Shown here piece by piece: positions 59,464-64,000 of a stretch of 64,000 nucleotides of DNA. The stretch comes from Chrysomallon squamiferum (lineage: Eukaryota; Animalia; Mollusca): positions 15,996,001 to 16,060,000 of the forward strand of contig CM022679.1 of NCBI GenBank assembly GCA_012295275.1. Reading direction: 5' to 3'. A model generated the notes under the pieces. It searched no databases. It was not told the origin of the DNA and saw only the letters and a program-made list of their open reading frames with translations. The position numbers were made by a program, and so were the translations under genes. Every line of letters begins with the position of its first letter. Positions within the stretch are counted from its first letter, which is position 1.

Positions 59464-61231
59464 TAAGAATAATCAAAAAGGAAATACGTCCTGAGGTTCA
59501 GGAATATTTAAAATTTATGACGTTCGAAAATTATCTGGCCCACATTCAGTGAAAGAGATTAGCAAAGATTCCGAGATAAAACATTCTGACTACTTATTAA
59601 AAAATAAAATAAAAACCAGTAATACTAGTATGTCTTTCAGTCATTTTCACTTTCAAATGGGCTTAGGGTAGTTGGAATGAAATATATGATGACTGGTTTC
59701 CTTTCATTTAAATTACGAATTAATGCGATTTAGTTGTTTTCGGTGACCAAATACATATGATAGCTTGATGATGTAGTCAGCTACAATTAAATATAATTGT
59801 ACGTTTATACGAAACTAGAACGTTGGTTACTAGAGCCAAAATATGTTTCTATAGCCTGTAGAACAGAAATGTCTACTCGTATTTTTACTTAATGAATGTG
59901 AATGAATAAAGTTACGTTTTCCCAGATTCTTTTTTTATTTTTTTATTTTTTTTAAATATTTTCTTAATTCTGCAGCAGATTCTCGATTTCAGAAAATATT
60001 CTGGTTACGAATTCTTTTATCACGCACTGAATTATTTTAAAATGTTGTTAGTTGTTTGTTTTTGTTTGTTTTTTTCTGTTTTTTTATAATGATCATATAG
60101 AAGAGGAAACCGTTTGCATTCCCAAGACAAAAGAAAGCAATACACCAGAGTCTTTGATAAACAAACGGTCCTTACCAGTCTAATCAGCGACTACGACTTT
60201 ATTTAAATTTATCATTATCTGTTATATTCTTAATAATTATAAATTACAGATTCTACAGACCTCAGAACTAGTTTTGAATTTTATCTTTAACATATGCACA
60301 CGAACACTCAAACACACACAAAATATATTTCCACTGATCTGGATATGGTAACGCAGAAAGAACATTCAGTGTAAAGCTTTTTCTGGTTTTTGTTGTTCGT
60401 TTCTTAGATATATTTCTTTTGTTGTCATTTATTCAGCTTTTTGTTTGTTTTCTATTTGCTATGTTGTTTGTTATTGCTTTTTTAATATTTATTTATTTAT
60501 TTATTTATATATTTGTTTATTTGGCTCTTTCTTTAAACGGATTTAATCGAAATTTGATCAATATACACACAAAATGAAATCTGTTGTTTTTCTTCTTTAT
60601 ATATTTTATTTTTCTTCTTCATTGTGTACTTACGTAAGAGTTTAGGTATGAGAGAGAAAAATACTATTACATTGCTTAACAAAAATAAGTAAATCAGAAT
60701 AAATTATATCAGGAAAAGTATGATTAAATGTGAAATGTCCTGTGCGCATGCGTGACAGTTTAATTAATCATAGCCAATAGGAAAATAATTAAGGTATTGG
60801 TATCACTCCCAGTAAATTCAAGGAAAAAATTACTAGAACGATTTACATGGTTGCAAATCCGTATCTTAGCAAAGAGGTTGCCATAATCGTACAGGATATA
60901 ACCCGGATCAGTGTAGTTTCAAGTTTCTACCTTTAAGACGACAAACTGTAAAACAGCCTTAAATTTATTGACCGATCTGTCTAACAGATGGATCTCTAAT
61001 TTTTATATATTTTATTTTATTTTTTATTTATTTATATTTGTTTATTTTTTATATTATCTTTTTTATTAGTTTATTTATTTTATTTTTTTTACTTTTTTTT
61101 ATTTTACACATTTTGGGTATAATATTTTCTGAGTTTCCTGTGTTGCAGTGAACTGTATGATTATTTCTAATACACAAGATACTTTGAATGTTTCAAATAC
61201 ACAATTTACTCTTTATTAGTAAGATATAAAT

Positions 61232-61286
<55 letters not shown>

Positions 61287-61681
61287 TAATACACAAAAGA
61301 AATTTAATGTTATTCCTGTATATGTCCTGCAATCTCTATAAATAGAGGCAAGATGTAATGACTAAATAAATCTACACATTTTCGGGCTATGACCAAAAAT
61401 ATAGCTCATGTCAAATGGCCCGCTGCGGTAGTTAATTCACTTTAAATAGAAAATCATTTTATGTTTAATTTTGGAAAAGGAAGAATATTTTATTTGTAAC
61501 ATGTTTAAAATCAAATATTGTTTACAGCTATGCAGTCGTTTAATGAAAGGAGGAGTGCAGCCATGAATTTGTGTGTATGAGCGTGTTGGCGTTTGTCCAG
61601 TTTTTCCAATTTAATACTTTAACTTAAATTTTATTTTTTATTTCGTTATCTTTATATATAATGTTGTTGTTTTTATTTATT

Positions 61682-61687
<6 letters not shown>

Positions 61688-61758
<71 letters not shown>
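61688..61758. repeat. (ATT)n microsatellite
   Basis: Directly visible. Confidence 0.97.
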
Positions 61759-64000
61759 CTCGTTAATTTCGTGTAAATGGTAATTGTCTCCCTTAGTTCC
61801 AAAATTAGTTTTTTGTTGTATTGTTGTTTTACGGTATACTATGTGTACTTATTGTTGATACATAAACCGCTTTAAGCAAAAAAGAACTGTATTCTTTGTT
61901 AGTGTGTGATTTTGTTTATTTAAATGATAATGTAATTTGTGTGGTAAAGAACACATACTGTTGTTTGTCGCATAGTATTTTAAAACACTGTGAGGAATGT
62001 CTTGTTATAAAGTTTCTGTTTTGTTATTAAATAAAAAAATGTTAAGTGAAATAACTTTTGTTTGTCTGCTGTTCGTTTATTTTTCACCTTTTTCATTATT
62101 TTTTTATATTTTATTATGTTGTTTGTGTGTGTGTGTGTGTGTGTATTTGTTGTTGACTTTGTTGTATTTTTTTGTTGTCATTTCCAGATTCCTTGAAAAT
62201 GTTTACCGCAAATGCAAATTACTTTTCTTTTGTCATTCTAAATCATATCAGTTATGAATGAAATGTACACTTGAGCAGAGTGAGGACAATTACAAGCAAA
62301 CATTAAAATATATTTTTGATTCCTGCCTACAACCCCCAGTTTATCAAAACCCTTTAACATGTTCTTTCGTGTCTATGGGAAGGTTATATTTCTTGCTGCT
62401 AACAGAAACAGATCGGTCTACAGCATGGTAACAACTTTCCTCACTGATTATCTTGGAACTTTTAGCTAACAAAGTTTAATTAATATTTTAAATATGTTGT
62501 TACTTGCTTCTTCCTTTCATTAATTTAGTTTCAGAATATGATTAACATTTCTTGTCAAAACACATTTATGATATATATGCTGTGAGATATTCTGAAGATA
62601 AATAAAAGGTAACAAATAAATACACAGATTGATAGTTTATTTAAAACTGAACATATAAAGGAAATTATATTTAATTAGAATATTTATGATCACCTAGGTT
62701 ACTTCATCTAAATAAAATTAATTTAAGGTCTGAATTAATGAGCACACCAAAGACAAAGAAATATTTTGATTTTTGTACACAAATACAACCAAATGAAACA
62801 AAAATTTCATTCCAAAATATATAAATACTTTTTAAACAGAATTTCAAGATTTTGAACAGGTGAAATAAAGTTTGTTGAATGCAGATAAAACAATAAGTAA
62901 ATGTTAGTTTTATCAGAACGAGAACCTCATTTTATAATTTAATCATGGGAACAAACAAAAACACTTCCAATATTATTTTCTCTTTACATCAAACTTTGTT
63001 CACAAAGATGCATGGTCTGTAACTTTCTCTTTTCAAAGACATTATTTAACGCAGTGATACAAAAAACCATCATGGGACTGAAGTAAGCAAAATAAATAAA
63101 AAATAGAGCAACTTTGCTTTGATATACTCAGTCCATTAGGGCTTTTTGTTCCGTTTCTTTTGACCATTTCTGAAGTCAGTGTTAGCCTCTGTGCACATAA
63201 CTAACAAAAACAACAAGTAAATATGTTACATGGAATTATATGGAATAATACAACATTTGTGTCATTTGTATCACTGACTAAACTTTAAGGAGCTACTGAA
63301 ATCCAATCAACTGCAGTCTGCTGTTCAACAGTTGTAAATCAGTGATATCAATAAACTGAATATGTAACACCAGTTTGTAAGTTTACTGATGTTCCCTAAA
63401 ACAGTAATCTTCAAACAAAGGTCAGGCTTTTAACAATGATTTCCAGTCAAGTTTAAGAAATGTTTAATCAAGCAGGATATCTATCTTCTAATCACAAAGA
63501 AACTTTCAAACAACTGCAAACAACAGGATTGAAAAATTTATGAATGCAAACACCATTTTGTCCTTTTCAATTATTTGTTCTGAAATTTTTAAAATAAATA
63601 TAAATAATAATAATAAAACAGAATAATAATAATTAGCAAAGGCCAGAAGGAATGTCCACATTACATTAACTACCTGAATCAAACAGTCTCAACATCAAGA
63701 TTTTTAAAATACAAAACTAAAAAAAAAAAAACAACATATAAAGCATCTAATCTAACTACTGAAATATAATAAATTCTGAATACAAGAATGATCTTTTAAT
63801 TATTTATTAACAGAACATACATGTAAAGAAAAAAAAGAAAAGGAATTTTTTCAAATACAAGAGAGCAAACTTAATTAAGGTATTTTTTTCATTCAAGATT
63901 CAAAGTATATTTCTCTAAGTTCCAAAAGCAGTGGATTGTCCAGAAAGAGAACTGATTCACCACTCCAGATTCTCACCATTCATCTGTGGGAAAATGTCAT

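Overview
AT-rich, microsatellite-dense animal genomic DNA. Decayed SINE-like remnants suggest a mollusc, probably a gastropod (inference from recall, not a search). The window is dominated by one + strand multi-exon gene, a single-pass receptor guanylate cyclase of the NPR / Drosophila Gyc32E-Gyc76C type. I assembled 20 phase-consistent exons by hand from 29084 to the stop at 59432 (3402 nt, 1133 aa). They encode the ANF-receptor ectodomain, TM helix, kinase-homology domain, signalling helix, cyclase domain and a ~210-aa tail. The signal peptide and N-terminal exons are not recognisable, so 1-29083 is probably one very large intron. Notable points: Thr replaces the near-invariant guanine-specifying Cys (MPRYTLFG); two GC-AG introns follow frame-symmetric exons; a 2.3-kb two-variant minisatellite shows higher-order structure; a 52-bp repeat carries decoy splice acceptors; complementary (CT)n/(GA)n tracts flank exon blocks; and CpG drops sharply at ~62.2 kb. 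Almost all other ORFs in the track are microsatellite artefacts. There is no evidence of CRISPR, RNA genes or an intact transposon.
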